45,511 bases of DNA. Origin: Escherichia phage vB_Ec-G8. The number at the start of each line of letters is the position of its first letter. Position 1 is the stretch's first letter. Where the stretch lies: the sequence record PQ433350.1; one strand, given 5' to 3'. The position numbers and the translations under genes were made by a program. Positions 1-8,871 of this stretch are shown here, one piece after another. The notes under the pieces were generated by a model that worked only from the letters and a program-made list of their open reading frames with translations, did not search any database and was not told the DNA's origin.

Positions 1-3
1 CAT

Positions 4-25
4 ACCCGCCTAGTGCGGGTTTTTT
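4..25 (+). terminator. Rho-independent terminator
   Basis: ACCCGC-ctagt-GCGGGT hairpin + T5. Confidence 0.6.
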
Positions 26-37
26 ATTTAGTGTAGA

Positions 38-3000
38 ATGGCACAAATGATCAAAACAAACATGAGGCTTTGTGATATGGCTGAAGAGATTAAGATTTAT
101 GGTGCCAAAGGCGGAAGCCAGAAGCAGCATCAACCAGTTGAGCAGGAAGATAACCTTATTTCACTTAACAAGGTTAAGGTGTTGCTTGCTGTAGCTGACG
201 GAGAGGTTGACCATAACTTCTCAATGAAGGATTTATACCTTGCTGACGTTCCCGTGCAAAACCAGGATGGTAGCTACAACTACGAAGGTGTTCGCGCTGA
301 GTTCCGCGCTGGTACGCAGTATCAGGATTATATCGCTGGCCTTGATGGTGCAAACTCAGAGATCCAGGCCTCCAGAGAAATCACGAACGACACCCCGTAC
401 ATCATTGCGGTTAACAATACTCAGCTATCAGCAATTCGTGTAAAGCTATACTGGCCTAGACTGGTTAAGCAAGAAAGCAATGGGGACCTGAACGGAACAA
501 CCTGCGAGTATGCAATTGACCTTTCTGTTAATGGTGGAGCATATCAGGAATACACTCGCGGAGTTGCTAACGGCAAGACAACTACAGGTTACGACCGCAG
601 CATTCGCGTGAACCTTCCTGCAGAGTTTGATAGCGCATTGGTTCGCATCCGTAAGATTACAGCAGATTCAACAAGTAGCACGCTGGTTAACGGAATGCAG
701 ATTACAACCTATCAGGAAGTAATAGACGCTAAATTCCGCTACCCGCTTACAGCACTTGTTTACGTTGAGTTCGGCTCTGACCTGTTCCCTAACGGAATTC
801 CAACAATCTCAATCAAGAAGCGATGGAAGTTAATTCAGGTCCCAACGAACTATGATCCTGAGACTAGAACCTACAGCGGCACGTGGAATGGCCTGTTCAA
901 GATGGCATGGTCAAACAACCCTGCGTGGGTTCTCTATGACTTGGTAACAAACCGCCGCTACGGCCTTGATCAGCGAGAGTTGGGTGTAGAAATTGATAAA
1001 TGGGGACTGTATGAAGCTGCGCAATTCTGCGACCAGATGGTGCCTGATGGTAAGGGTGGAATGGAACCGCGATATCTATGCGACATGGTTGTACAGAACA
1101 AGGTTGAGGCCTACACACTAATTCGTGACATTTGCTCAATCTTTCGTGGACTGACTTTCTATGATGGCGAAAAGATTGGTATCGTTGTTGATAAACCTCG
1201 CAATCCATCTTACATCTTCACTAATGATAACGTTGTAAACGGATTGTTCAGCCGCACTTTTGCCAGCGATAAAAGCCTTTACACTACGGCAAACGTTCAG
1301 TTTGATGATGTGGAGAACAACTATCAGCAGGATGTTGAGCCAGTATTTGAGCTCGAGGCTACTCGCCGATTTGGTTTTAACCCGGTCGACCTAACGGCAA
1401 TTGGATGTACGCGAAGAAGTGAAGCAAACAGACGCGGAAGATGGCTACTGAAAACCAACCTGAGAAGCGAAACTATCAGCTTCACTACCGGGTTGGAAGG
1501 CATGATTCCGATGATTGGTGAGGTGATTGCGGTCAATGACGCGGCATGGTCAAGCAACTATCAGTTAAACCTTTCTGGTCGCATTGAATCAGTTCAGGGA
1601 TTGCAGGTTTTCACCCCGTTTAAAGTTGACGCAGCGCCGGGTGACAGAATTCTTTTGAACAAGCCTGACGGAAGTCCGGAGGCAAGAACTATTGCCAGTG
1701 TTTCGGAAGATGGTAGAACAATCAACCTTAACACTGCCTTTAGCTTCGTCGCTCAACCTGATACTGTTTTTGCAATCGATAAGGATAACCTTGCTCTTCA
1801 GCAGTACGTTGTGACCGGGATTCAAAAGGCAGATACTGACGGCTCGGATTCATTCCAGTATACGATTACCGCCGTAGAGTATGACCCGAACAAGTATGAT
1901 GAGATTGACTACGGCGTTAACATCGTTGACCGCCCAACTTCAATTGTTGAGCCTGACAGATTGTCGCCACCAGAAAACCTGACCGCGTCAAGTTATAGTA
2001 AGGTTGTTCAAGGCTTATCAGTTGAGACGATGGTTATTGGATGGGATAAAGCGCCATACGCTAAAACATACAATGTTCAGTGGAGAAAAGAGAATGGCAA
2101 CTGGATTAACGTACCAAGAACAGCTAGCACAGAAGTTGATATTGAAGGTATTTACGCAGGAATCTATGACGTTAGGGTTCGCAGTGTATCAGATACTGAA
2201 AACGTGTCTGCCTGGTCTGGCATTGTAACTGTATCACTAACTGGCAAGATTGGTAGCCCATCGGCACCTACGGTTATAACGGCATCAACTGATGAAGTAT
2301 TTGGCATCCGTGTTAAATGGGGATTCCCTGAAGGATCTGGTGACACTGCTTACACTGAACTTCAGCAGGTTCCAGATAATGGTGATGGTACTTACAATCC
2401 TGATAACGCAAGTTTGCTGACGTTGCTTCCATACCCAGCCTATGAATACTGGCATACGCCAATTCAGCCAGGTAAGGTGATTTGGTATCGCGCAAGATTG
2501 ATTGACAGAATCGGGAACACATCTGATTGGTCTGATTTCGCCAGAGGCATGAGTACTGATGACGCCAACATTATCAATGATTACATCAAGGTTGATATTG
2601 AGAGCTCAGAGGGATTCAAATATCTCGAGCAGAATGCGATTCAAAAGAATCAGGACATTCAGAATCAAGCTGAGGCAATTATCGAGAACGCATTAGCTAA
2701 TGACACTGATGTGCGTCGTATGACTAAGGAGAACGGCAAACGTAAGGCCGAATATGTTCAGGCAGTGAATCTTATAGCTGATGAAACTCAGGCGCGTGTA
2801 GAAGCTCTTACGCAGCTTAAAGCGCAGATAGATGATGAAGTTGTAGCATCGATTACAGAAGTTCAGACAGCGCTAGCCACCGAGACAGAAGCAAGGACTA
2901 CTGCAGACACGGCTCTATCAGCAAGATTGGGTGATAACGAGGCGGCTCTAAGCCAGAAGTTAGACGCATTCTCCAATGCGACATCTACTGGCGTGCAATA

Positions 3001-3463
3001 CGGAATTAGTTTGGGTCTTAAATATAACGGCCAGACTTATTCATCTGGCATGAGCATGGAGCTTGTCGGCACTGGTGGAAATGTTCGTAGTCAATTCATT
3101 TTTGATGCAAACAGATTCGCAATCAGTAATGGAATTGGTTCTGGTTCTGGTCAGTGGCAACTCCCCTTCGTTGTCGAGAACGGAAACGTAATCATCCAAA
3201 GTGCAGTAATTGGTGATGGTTCAATCAGTAACGCGAAGATTGGTAACTTCATTCAGTCCAATAACTACGTAGCAGGAACCACAGGTTGGAGGATTGATAA
3301 GTCTGGAAGTGCAGAGCTAAGCAACGCCACTGTAAGAGGTAATCTTTACGCTAACAATGGTAACTTCGCATTCAACGGAACCAATAACACTGTTCAGATT
3401 AACAACAATGGAATTACGGTAAACTTACCGAACGGAGGTAGAGTTGTAGTTGGAGTGTGGTAA
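38..3463 (+). CDS. Tail tip / central tail fibre protein, lambda gpJ-like host specificity protein
   Basis: 1141-aa ORF; ATG at 38 directly after hairpin+T-run (4-25); gpJ-type conserved block (AWSNNPAWVLYDLVTNRRYGLDQ); follows the gpM/L/K/I-like genes at the window end when read circularly. Confidence 0.9.
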   Translation: MAQMIKTNMRLCDMAEEIKIYGAKGGSQKQHQPVEQEDNLISLNKVKVLLAVADGEVDHNFSMKDLYLADVPVQNQDGSYNYEGVRAEFRAGTQYQDYIAGLDGANSEIQASREITNDTPYIIAVNNTQLSAIRVKLYWPRLVKQESNGDLNGTTCEYAIDLSVNGGAYQEYTRGVANGKTTTGYDRSIRVNLPAEFDSALVRIRKITADSTSSTLVNGMQITTYQEVIDAKFRYPLTALVYVEFGSDLFPNGIPTISIKKRWKLIQVPTNYDPETRTYSGTWNGLFKMAWSNNPAWVLYDLVTNRRYGLDQRELGVEIDKWGLYEAAQFCDQMVPDGKGGMEPRYLCDMVVQNKVEAYTLIRDICSIFRGLTFYDGEKIGIVVDKPRNPSYIFTNDNVVNGLFSRTFASDKSLYTTANVQFDDVENNYQQDVEPVFELEATRRFGFNPVDLTAIGCTRRSEANRRGRWLLKTNLRSETISFTTGLEGMIPMIGEVIAVNDAAWSSNYQLNLSGRIESVQGLQVFTPFKVDAAPGDRILLNKPDGSPEARTIASVSEDGRTINLNTAFSFVAQPDTVFAIDKDNLALQQYVVTGIQKADTDGSDSFQYTITAVEYDPNKYDEIDYGVNIVDRPTSIVEPDRLSPPENLTASSYSKVVQGLSVETMVIGWDKAPYAKTYNVQWRKENGNWINVPRTASTEVDIEGIYAGIYDVRVRSVSDTENVSAWSGIVTVSLTGKIGSPSAPTVITASTDEVFGIRVKWGFPEGSGDTAYTELQQVPDNGDGTYNPDNASLLTLLPYPAYEYWHTPIQPGKVIWYRARLIDRIGNTSDWSDFARGMSTDDANIINDYIKVDIESSEGFKYLEQNAIQKNQDIQNQAEAIIENALANDTDVRRMTKENGKRKAEYVQAVNLIADETQARVEALTQLKAQIDDEVVASITEVQTALATETEARTTADTALSARLGDNEAALSQKLDAFSNATSTGVQYGISLGLKYNGQTYSSGMSMELVGTGGNVRSQFIFDANRFAISNGIGSGSGQWQLPFVVENGNVIIQSAVIGDGSISNAKIGNFIQSNNYVAGTTGWRIDKSGSAELSNATVRGNLYANNGNFAFNGTNNTVQINNNGITVNLPNGGRVVVGVW

Positions 3464-3469
3464 ATGATT

Positions 3470-3495
3470 AGGCCCCTGGTGGGGCCTTTTCTTTT
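3470..3495. terminator. Bidirectional intrinsic terminator after gpJ
   Basis: AGGCCCC-tggt-GGGGCCT hairpin + TTTTCTTTT. Confidence 0.7.
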
Positions 3496-4456
3496 AGTAG
3501 AAGTTTGGAATGAATGGAAGTGCCATTGATATATTTGTGTCGAAAGGGAACTGAGCGCCTGATTGCGTCGAGTAGTTACCAATTACAGTACCTGGCACTG
3601 CTCTAACGTTACCACCAGACATGCAAATGCCCTTGTATCGCAAGTTGTTATACCCTCCAGTAACTCTAGTCGTAGCGCCACATCTAAGAAGCGGGAAGAA
3701 TCCACCATTTATTGACTGATATACATTGCTTATTTGTATAAATCCACTAAGTACAAATGGTCGCCTAACGCTGGAGAAAACAATCTGACCAGAGCTATTT
3801 GACATTGTAAGACCAGGTCCAGCTACTGGAGGTTCATTCCTGAATATCACCAACTGAACGTAAGTGCTTGCCGCCACATCATCTATACCACCATAGTTTA
3901 CATCACGGCACCATATCGTACTCCCATCACTCTCCAGAGACACGTTTGGATTATCCCACTTACCGAATGGTATTCCACTGACTGGCAGTGCTGATGATCC
4001 GTTAACCTGAATACCACCAACCCATGCCGCTGACATTAGCCGTGAGTTGCTTGATATTGCCAAGAAGTCAGTTGAGTTTTCAACTAGTATTCCTGGGCTT
4101 GATGAAGATGAGGCTGGTAGAATTTCAAAACAATTACCAGCAAAGTCAATTATTCGACCATTGGCTCCGTTAAAGTTACTAAGTGTTATCCTGCCAGTGC
4201 CGTCATTTACCTTTTGGAATCCGTTCATGTAATAAACTTCTGGTATAACATCGTAAGCGTCAACGTGGACTGCCTTCGTTGGTAGGCAGAAAGCCGTAGA
4301 GCCATGAGACATTGTCAATCCAAAATCCCACGAACTTGCTGGGGTTGAAAGTCCATTGGTATTTATTGATCCAGTCACAGCAGGTGCCCTTAACCCTGCC
4401 GTAATCTCCATCGCTGGCCTTCCGTCATTAAGGTCAATCAATATACCCTGCGGCAT
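3494..4456 (-). CDS. Putative receptor-binding / tail-associated protein (320 aa), Gly/Ser/Asn-rich
   Basis: ORF-track start is GTG; first ATG at 4456 overlaps the TAA of the upstream lipoprotein gene (TAATG coupling); sits immediately downstream of gpJ on the opposite strand; function inferred from position only. Confidence 0.5.
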   Translation of the reverse strand: MPQGILIDLNDGRPAMEITAGLRAPAVTGSINTNGLSTPASSWDFGLTMSHGSTAFCLPTKAVHVDAYDVIPEVYYMNGFQKVNDGTGRITLSNFNGANGRIIDFAGNCFEILPASSSSSPGILVENSTDFLAISSNSRLMSAAWVGGIQVNGSSALPVSGIPFGKWDNPNVSLESDGSTIWCRDVNYGGIDDVAASTYVQLVIFRNEPPVAGPGLTMSNSSGQIVFSSVRRPFVLSGFIQISNVYQSINGGFFPLLRCGATTRVTGGYNNLRYKGICMSGGNVRAVPGTVIGNYSTQSGAQFPFDTNISMALPFIPNFY

Positions 4457-4701
4457 TATTTCCACTCCTTGCTGCCATGATCTGCAATAGAGCCACCGTA
4501 ACCTCCGCCAGCCTTGCTTTCAATTCCGGCGTAGCGAACATCAACCTCACCAGCCGGAACAACTACGCCACCTTTCCATTTAGCTACGCACACACCATTT
4601 GCTTGTGTTGCACACCAACCATCCGGGCGAGGACCAGATGAGCAACCTACCATCATGATTGCTGCTGCGGCGATGATTACTGATTTGATTAAGTTAGTCA
4701 T
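4456..4701 (-). CDS. cor: Cor/Llp-like superinfection-exclusion lipoprotein (81 aa)
   Basis: N-terminal hydrophobic signal ending in lipobox MVGC-SS, small Gly-rich mature part; AAGGA RBS 9 nt upstream; coupled to the downstream 320-aa ORF. Confidence 0.7.
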   Translation of the reverse strand: MTNLIKSVIIAAAAIMMVGCSSGPRPDGWCATQANGVCVAKWKGGVVVPAGEVDVRYAGIESKAGGGYGGSIADHGSKEWK

Positions 4702-4767
4702 TTTTAAATCCTTAGTAAGTTCGTTTCGTTTCGATGTGGTAATAGTATCGCATCCCTGAGATCAGTG

Positions 4768-4787
4768 TTTAGCAATTAGTGCTATTT
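4768..4787 (-). promoter_or_regulatory. Boundary element copy (AATAGCAC-N5-TGCTAAA core), precedes cor
   Basis: Minus-oriented core; Rha TAG stop inside; leader ...CCACATCGAAACGAAACGAA then cor ATG. Confidence 0.6.
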
Positions 4788-5429
4788 CTTTTCGAGTAAC
4801 ATCTTGATGTCAATGCCGAGATTATTTTCAATCAATCCAGTCAGTGCATCCGTCTTTTCTTTAAGGGCAAAACACTGAGCTTCATACTTAAATCTTTCCT
4901 CCATCTCGTCAGAGCGACTAACCCAGCACTGGCGAGCCTCGCAAGCCAGTATGTCGAGTTTTTCATCGGTATTCTTATCCATGAGTAAGATCTCATTTAT
5001 TCTTTGCTCTGCAACAATGCGCTGACTAAGGTGTGCATTTTGCGCATTAGCCACACCAAGCATCATTCGCACTTCTTTTAACTCATCAATGCTTACCATC
5101 TGACTGATTACTTCTGCTTGTTTTTTAACTAACGCCTCAAGCTCATGAAGTCTTTTAACTACCGCGTATCGAAGTGCGGGGCTGTAACCCATAACCAATG
5201 TTTCAGTTAAATCGCGGTTAAGAAGAACTTCAGAAACAAAGCCGCGATAGTCTATAAGTGCTTGATAATCCTCATGACCCAAATTTGGGTTATGCCCCGA
5301 CGCTAGGATGTCGATTATCATATCCTCACAGTCACGAATAACGTGACCATGTCTTTTCCCAGTTAATTCCGCAATTTCTTTCGTGCTCATCATGGTTTTC
5401 GGCTGTTCTTTGTACAATTTAATCTTCAT
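4782..5429 (-). CDS. Rha-family phage regulatory protein (antirepressor-like)
   Basis: Rha-type N-terminal block (MSTKEIAELTGKRHGHVIRDCEDMI); ORF track begins at 5534 but a purine-rich SD precedes the in-frame ATGs at 5435/5429; start ambiguous; TAG stop lies inside a boundary element. Confidence 0.7.
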   Translation of the reverse strand: MKIKLYKEQPKTMMSTKEIAELTGKRHGHVIRDCEDMIIDILASGHNPNLGHEDYQALIDYRGFVSEVLLNRDLTETLVMGYSPALRYAVVKRLHELEALVKKQAEVISQMVSIDELKEVRMMLGVANAQNAHLSQRIVAEQRINEILLMDKNTDEKLDILACEARQCWVSRSDEMEERFKYEAQCFALKEKTDALTGLIENNLGIDIKMLLEKK

Positions 5430-5526
5430 TTTCATCTCTCTTTGGTTTTGTGATACGAAATTTTCGTAGCGCAAGCGGCACCATTTCCGCCATGCGCCTA
5501 AATATACGTAAAGATAGTCAGTTGTC

Positions 5527-5545
5527 TTTAGCAAATCGTGCTATT
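5527..5545 (-). promoter_or_regulatory. Boundary element copy, upstream of Rha-like gene
   Basis: Minus-oriented core AATAGCACGATTTGCTAAAG. Confidence 0.55.
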
Positions 5546-5626
5546 CATCGCCAATTTCACCATAAGTCACGGTTACACGTAACCGATGTAACTCGATGTA
5601 TACAATCTCATCCGCGGAAAATGATA

Positions 5627-5895
5627 TACGCGATGTTACGCCAATTTACGCATTTGTTACATTAAAATATCTATATATATCAACCTTTTACTCTTATTAT
5701 TATTATTATATATATTACTGTGTATATCATGTAACTACTTCTATAGAGTGTTCCGGTTATAATTTTAATATCATGTGGATTTATACAGTATTGCGCGGCA
5801 GCTATACCAATGCACCATCAGCAATAAATGATATACACGATATACACACTGGTTACATTGAGCTATAGCTGGGCTGGAACACCATTTTACGTAAC
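5627..5895. repeat. Divergent control region A (homologous to 24666-24990)
   Basis: Colinear shared blocks 5646-5685, 5694-5733 (TTA microsatellite + GTGTATATCATGTA), 5863-5877 (CTATAGCTGGGCTGG); palindrome CGGTTACACGTAACCG at 5569-5584. Confidence 0.7.
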
Positions 5896-6031
5896 GAGTG
5901 CCAATGCCTACACGGAATTACAGAGATTCACACGTAAATTCAAATCAACGATTGGCTAAACCAATTGGACTGGATACTTCGCTGAATATATAGTTAACCC
6001 ATCGAAAGCAAACAACCAGAGAGATAGAGAA

Positions 6032-6226
6032 ATGACCTACTACATTATCAAAGAGAAAAACAACGCACTTTTCGGCGACTGCTACTTTGGCGGCCCTGCG
6101 GGATACACCACAGATAAGAGCGAAGCTGACCGATTCGATACCAAAGAAGAAGCCCGGGATGTGCTGACTGGTTACTTCACTGAAGAAGATTTGAAGTATG
6201 TTAAAGTAGTTAAGGTTAAGGAATAA
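6032..6226 (+). CDS. Hypothetical small acidic protein (64 aa)
   Basis: ORF with purine-rich RBS; first rightward gene after the divergent control region. Confidence 0.5.
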   Translation: MTYYIIKEKNNALFGDCYFGGPAGYTTDKSEADRFDTKEEARDVLTGYFTEEDLKYVKVVKVKE

Positions 6227-6229
6227 AAT

Positions 6230-7195
6230 ATGAGCTTTAAAGTTTTTACGCGAGAGGAACTAAGCAACGAGGCTTACCACGCTGAAACTGATCACATCTC
6301 CGGTAGCTCACTTGTCGAGATTATCCAGGGCTCACCGGCTAAGTGGAAATTCAAACAGAGAAATAGCGATAGTAAGGCGCTTAAGTTTGGAACCCTAAGT
6401 CACACTATGATTTTGGAGCAAGATGTATTCGATAAAGAATACCTTCGAGAAACAGACTTTGATGCGATTGAGGGCTTAATTACAAGTCAAACAGGCTTAG
6501 CTTCAGCGCTTAAGAAAGTTGGTGTAGCTGGCGCGTCTGGGAAGGCCTATAGCGAGCTTGTGGAGATGATGTATCGATCTTCTGAGGATTGGCCTGTTAA
6601 GTGGCTAATTGAACAGCAGGAGAGCGCGCAGGCGCTTGTAGAGGGTAAGGAGCTAGTTAGCGCATCAGACTACGACAAGGTGGCGGCGATGCGTGAAGTT
6701 CTCTGCAACATTCCGGCATATAATGCAATTGTGAACAGCGAGACAGCGCAGAAAGAGCTATCAATCTTCGGTGAGATTCTGGGAGTTGGTGTTAAGATTC
6801 GAATTGACAACGTTGATGTTATTGATGGCGCTGTTCGGATCACAGATTATAAAACTACCGCAGACGCAAGCCCGGAAGGGTTCGGTAAATCGGCATTCTC
6901 GCACGGATACCTTGCAAAAATGGCGCTTCAGCGCGATCTTTTTGTGAAGGCATTTAACGAGAAGCGCAAGGTTGTTGTAGGCTTGCTGGCTCAGGAGAAA
7001 GTAGAGCCATATCTGCCAATGCTTTATACCTTGACGGACGAGCAGCTACGAATCGGTAGGTTGCAGTATCTTGAGGCGCTGGCTACTTACAAGAAGTGCA
7101 AGGAGCTGGATATTTGGCCTGGCTACTCGAATGGCATTACAGAGCAAGAGCTATTAGTTCCTGAGTGGGCGATTAAACAATATAGAGAGATATAA
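6230..7195 (+). CDS. PD-(D/E)xK recombination exonuclease (RecE/YqaJ/Cas4-like)
   Basis: 321 aa; D...D-Y-K nuclease motif (IRIDNVDVIDGAVRITDYKTT); AAGGA RBS; adjacent to Erf and SSB. Confidence 0.75.
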   Translation: MSFKVFTREELSNEAYHAETDHISGSSLVEIIQGSPAKWKFKQRNSDSKALKFGTLSHTMILEQDVFDKEYLRETDFDAIEGLITSQTGLASALKKVGVAGASGKAYSELVEMMYRSSEDWPVKWLIEQQESAQALVEGKELVSASDYDKVAAMREVLCNIPAYNAIVNSETAQKELSIFGEILGVGVKIRIDNVDVIDGAVRITDYKTTADASPEGFGKSAFSHGYLAKMALQRDLFVKAFNEKRKVVVGLLAQEKVEPYLPMLYTLTDEQLRIGRLQYLEALATYKKCKELDIWPGYSNGITEQELLVPEWAIKQYREI

Positions 7196-7196
7196 A

Positions 7197-7661
7197 ATGA
7201 ATAAAGATTGCTGGCAGACTCCTTTAGAGTTATTCAAACAAGTAGATGATAAATACAACTTCGAGGTTGACGTGTGCGCAAGTCCAGATAATGCTCTTTG
7301 TGAATATTTCTGGACTGAAGATGATGACTGCTTACAACAAGATTGGGGTGATGATTTCGGTTTCGTTTGGTGCAATCCTCCATATAGTAACCAACTTCCA
7401 TTTGTCGAAAAGTGCCAGCAATATGGTTATGCAGTCATGCTGTTGAATCAGGACACATCAACAAAATGGGCTAAGATAGTCTTTGAAAAGGCTTCAAAGG
7501 TTATACTCTTATCAGACAGGGTTAGGTTTATAAATCCATTAACATTGGAGGTTGGTAAGTCCAACCCCAAATGCCAGATGATCGTGATTTTCGACAAGAG
7601 AAGTAATTCTGGAGTTGATATACGTTGGTGCTCAATAAAAGAAATTCATAAGCACATATAA
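7197..7661 (+). CDS. dam: DNA N6-adenine methyltransferase (phage Dam type)
   Basis: 154 aa; motif IV NPPY (VWCNPPY) and N-terminal WQTP block typical of small phage Dam methylases. Confidence 0.85.
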   Translation: MNKDCWQTPLELFKQVDDKYNFEVDVCASPDNALCEYFWTEDDDCLQQDWGDDFGFVWCNPPYSNQLPFVEKCQQYGYAVMLLNQDTSTKWAKIVFEKASKVILLSDRVRFINPLTLEVGKSNPKCQMIVIFDKRSNSGVDIRWCSIKEIHKHI

Positions 7662-7680
7662 ATAGCACGAATCGCTAAAG
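7662..7680 (+). promoter_or_regulatory. Boundary element copy, between dam and erf
   Basis: TAA-ATAGCACGAATCGCTAAAG; downstream hairpin and CAACAACGAACGAGG leader. Confidence 0.6.
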
Positions 7681-7734
7681 ACAAAATTAAAAGGTGGGGT
7701 ATGATTACCCCATCAACAACGAACGAGGTTAAAG

Positions 7735-8385
7735 ATGCAAATTTCAGATTCATGCAAGTCAATTTTAAACGCGCTACACACTGCTAAATCGCTATTTGCG
7801 AAGGCTGAAAAGTCAAAGCAGAACTCGCACCTTAAGAACAAATACGCCACCCTAGAAGACGTATTGGCGGCTGTTGAGCCAGGACTTGATGAGTGCGGTT
7901 TGGTTATGTTCCAGAGTGTCCTAGATGATGATCAAACAAACCGCATGAAGGTTGAGACAAAGCTTTTCCATGCGGAGTCAGGCGAATGGGTTAGCTTCTT
8001 AATGATTGTCCCAATCAGCAAGAATGATGCACAAGGTTACGGCTCAGCACTTACATACGCTAGACGTTACGGAATTACGGCAGCTTTAGGTCTCAGCCAG
8101 GCAGATGATGATGGAAATCTCGCAGCAAAAGGCGTCAAGGACTTTAAAAGAGAGCTTGAGAAGTGCAATACGCTCGATGAGCTTCGTAATGTATGGAAAG
8201 AGGCAAAGCAATCACTTGATGCGGCAGGATGGAAGGTTTTCGAACCACACATCATAGAGCGCAAGGCAGAGATTGAAACAAATGCAGCAACTGGCTTCAA
8301 CCCTGCTACACCTAAGAAAGTCGCAGAAAAAAGTAGTCCTGAAGAAAAGATTGAAGTAGAATCACAACAAATCGACACATTCTAA
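7735..8385 (+). CDS. erf: ERF-family single-strand annealing protein
   Basis: 216 aa; ERF signature region (GSALTYARRYGITAALG); GAGG RBS. Confidence 0.8.
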   Translation: MQISDSCKSILNALHTAKSLFAKAEKSKQNSHLKNKYATLEDVLAAVEPGLDECGLVMFQSVLDDDQTNRMKVETKLFHAESGEWVSFLMIVPISKNDAQGYGSALTYARRYGITAALGLSQADDDGNLAAKGVKDFKRELEKCNTLDELRNVWKEAKQSLDAAGWKVFEPHIIERKAEIETNAATGFNPATPKKVAEKSSPEEKIEVESQQIDTF

Positions 8386-8426
8386 ATTTAACGGGGCTTC
8401 GGCCCCAGCAATAGAGAGATAAAAAC

Positions 8427-8843
8427 ATGCACGTAATTACTGGTCAGATTCGCCGCGCTCCGTTCACCAAAGAAGGCGCAAACTCCAATGGTACATGGAA
8501 AATGTTTGCGGTTGATTTGAGTGAGAGACACAAAGATAAAGATGGTAAGACTCAGTATAGTAACTATCGCGCCGTCTTCTTTGCTAAAGAGTCAATGTTA
8601 GATTGGTACAACGAAGCATTTCAAGAGGGTAAAGTTGTTAGCGTTAGCGCAGAGACTCTTTCTGTTGATGTTCGTGATAAAGATGGCAAGACTTACGTAA
8701 CCATCAATATGAACAACCCGCGACTTGAATTTGGTCAGCGTGGTGATGCTGGAAGTCAGCAGCAGCAACAGCAGCAACAGCAACAGCAGAAGCAAAGACA
8801 ACCGCAGCAGCAACAGCAGTTTGATGACTCTATTCCATTCTAA
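8427..8843 (+). CDS. ssb: Single-stranded DNA-binding protein with poly-Gln linker
   Basis: 138 aa; OB-fold-like N-terminus; canonical acidic SSB tail DDSIPF; long poly-Q linker; followed by terminator. Confidence 0.85.
   Translation: MHVITGQIRRAPFTKEGANSNGTWKMFAVDLSERHKDKDGKTQYSNYRAVFFAKESMLDWYNEAFQEGKVVSVSAETLSVDVRDKDGKTYVTINMNNPRLEFGQRGDAGSQQQQQQQQQQQKQRQPQQQQQFDDSIPF
8757..8820 (+). repeat. CAG/CAA trinucleotide tract encoding the SSB poly-Gln linker
   Basis: About 20 consecutive Gln codons with Lys/Arg/Pro interruptions. Confidence 0.8.
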
Positions 8844-8849
8844 AGATAA

Positions 8850-8871
8850 GGCCCCTTTCGGGGCCTTTTTT
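8850..8871. terminator. Bidirectional intrinsic terminator (ssb / tail fibre convergence)
   Basis: GGCCCC-tttc-GGGGCC + T6. Confidence 0.75.

Noticed and set aside
240-2522. Several 60-100 aa ORFs on both strands inside gpJ (240-443, 897-1208, 1324-1557, 1589-1825, 2004-2228, 2164-2346, 2313-2522)
   Set aside because: Fully nested in a long, well-supported gene with no start signals; typical overlapping-frame noise.
8598-8813. Minus-strand 71-aa ORF rich in poly-Leu
   Set aside because: Mirror image of the CAG/CAA poly-Gln tract inside ssb; no RBS; antisense artefact.
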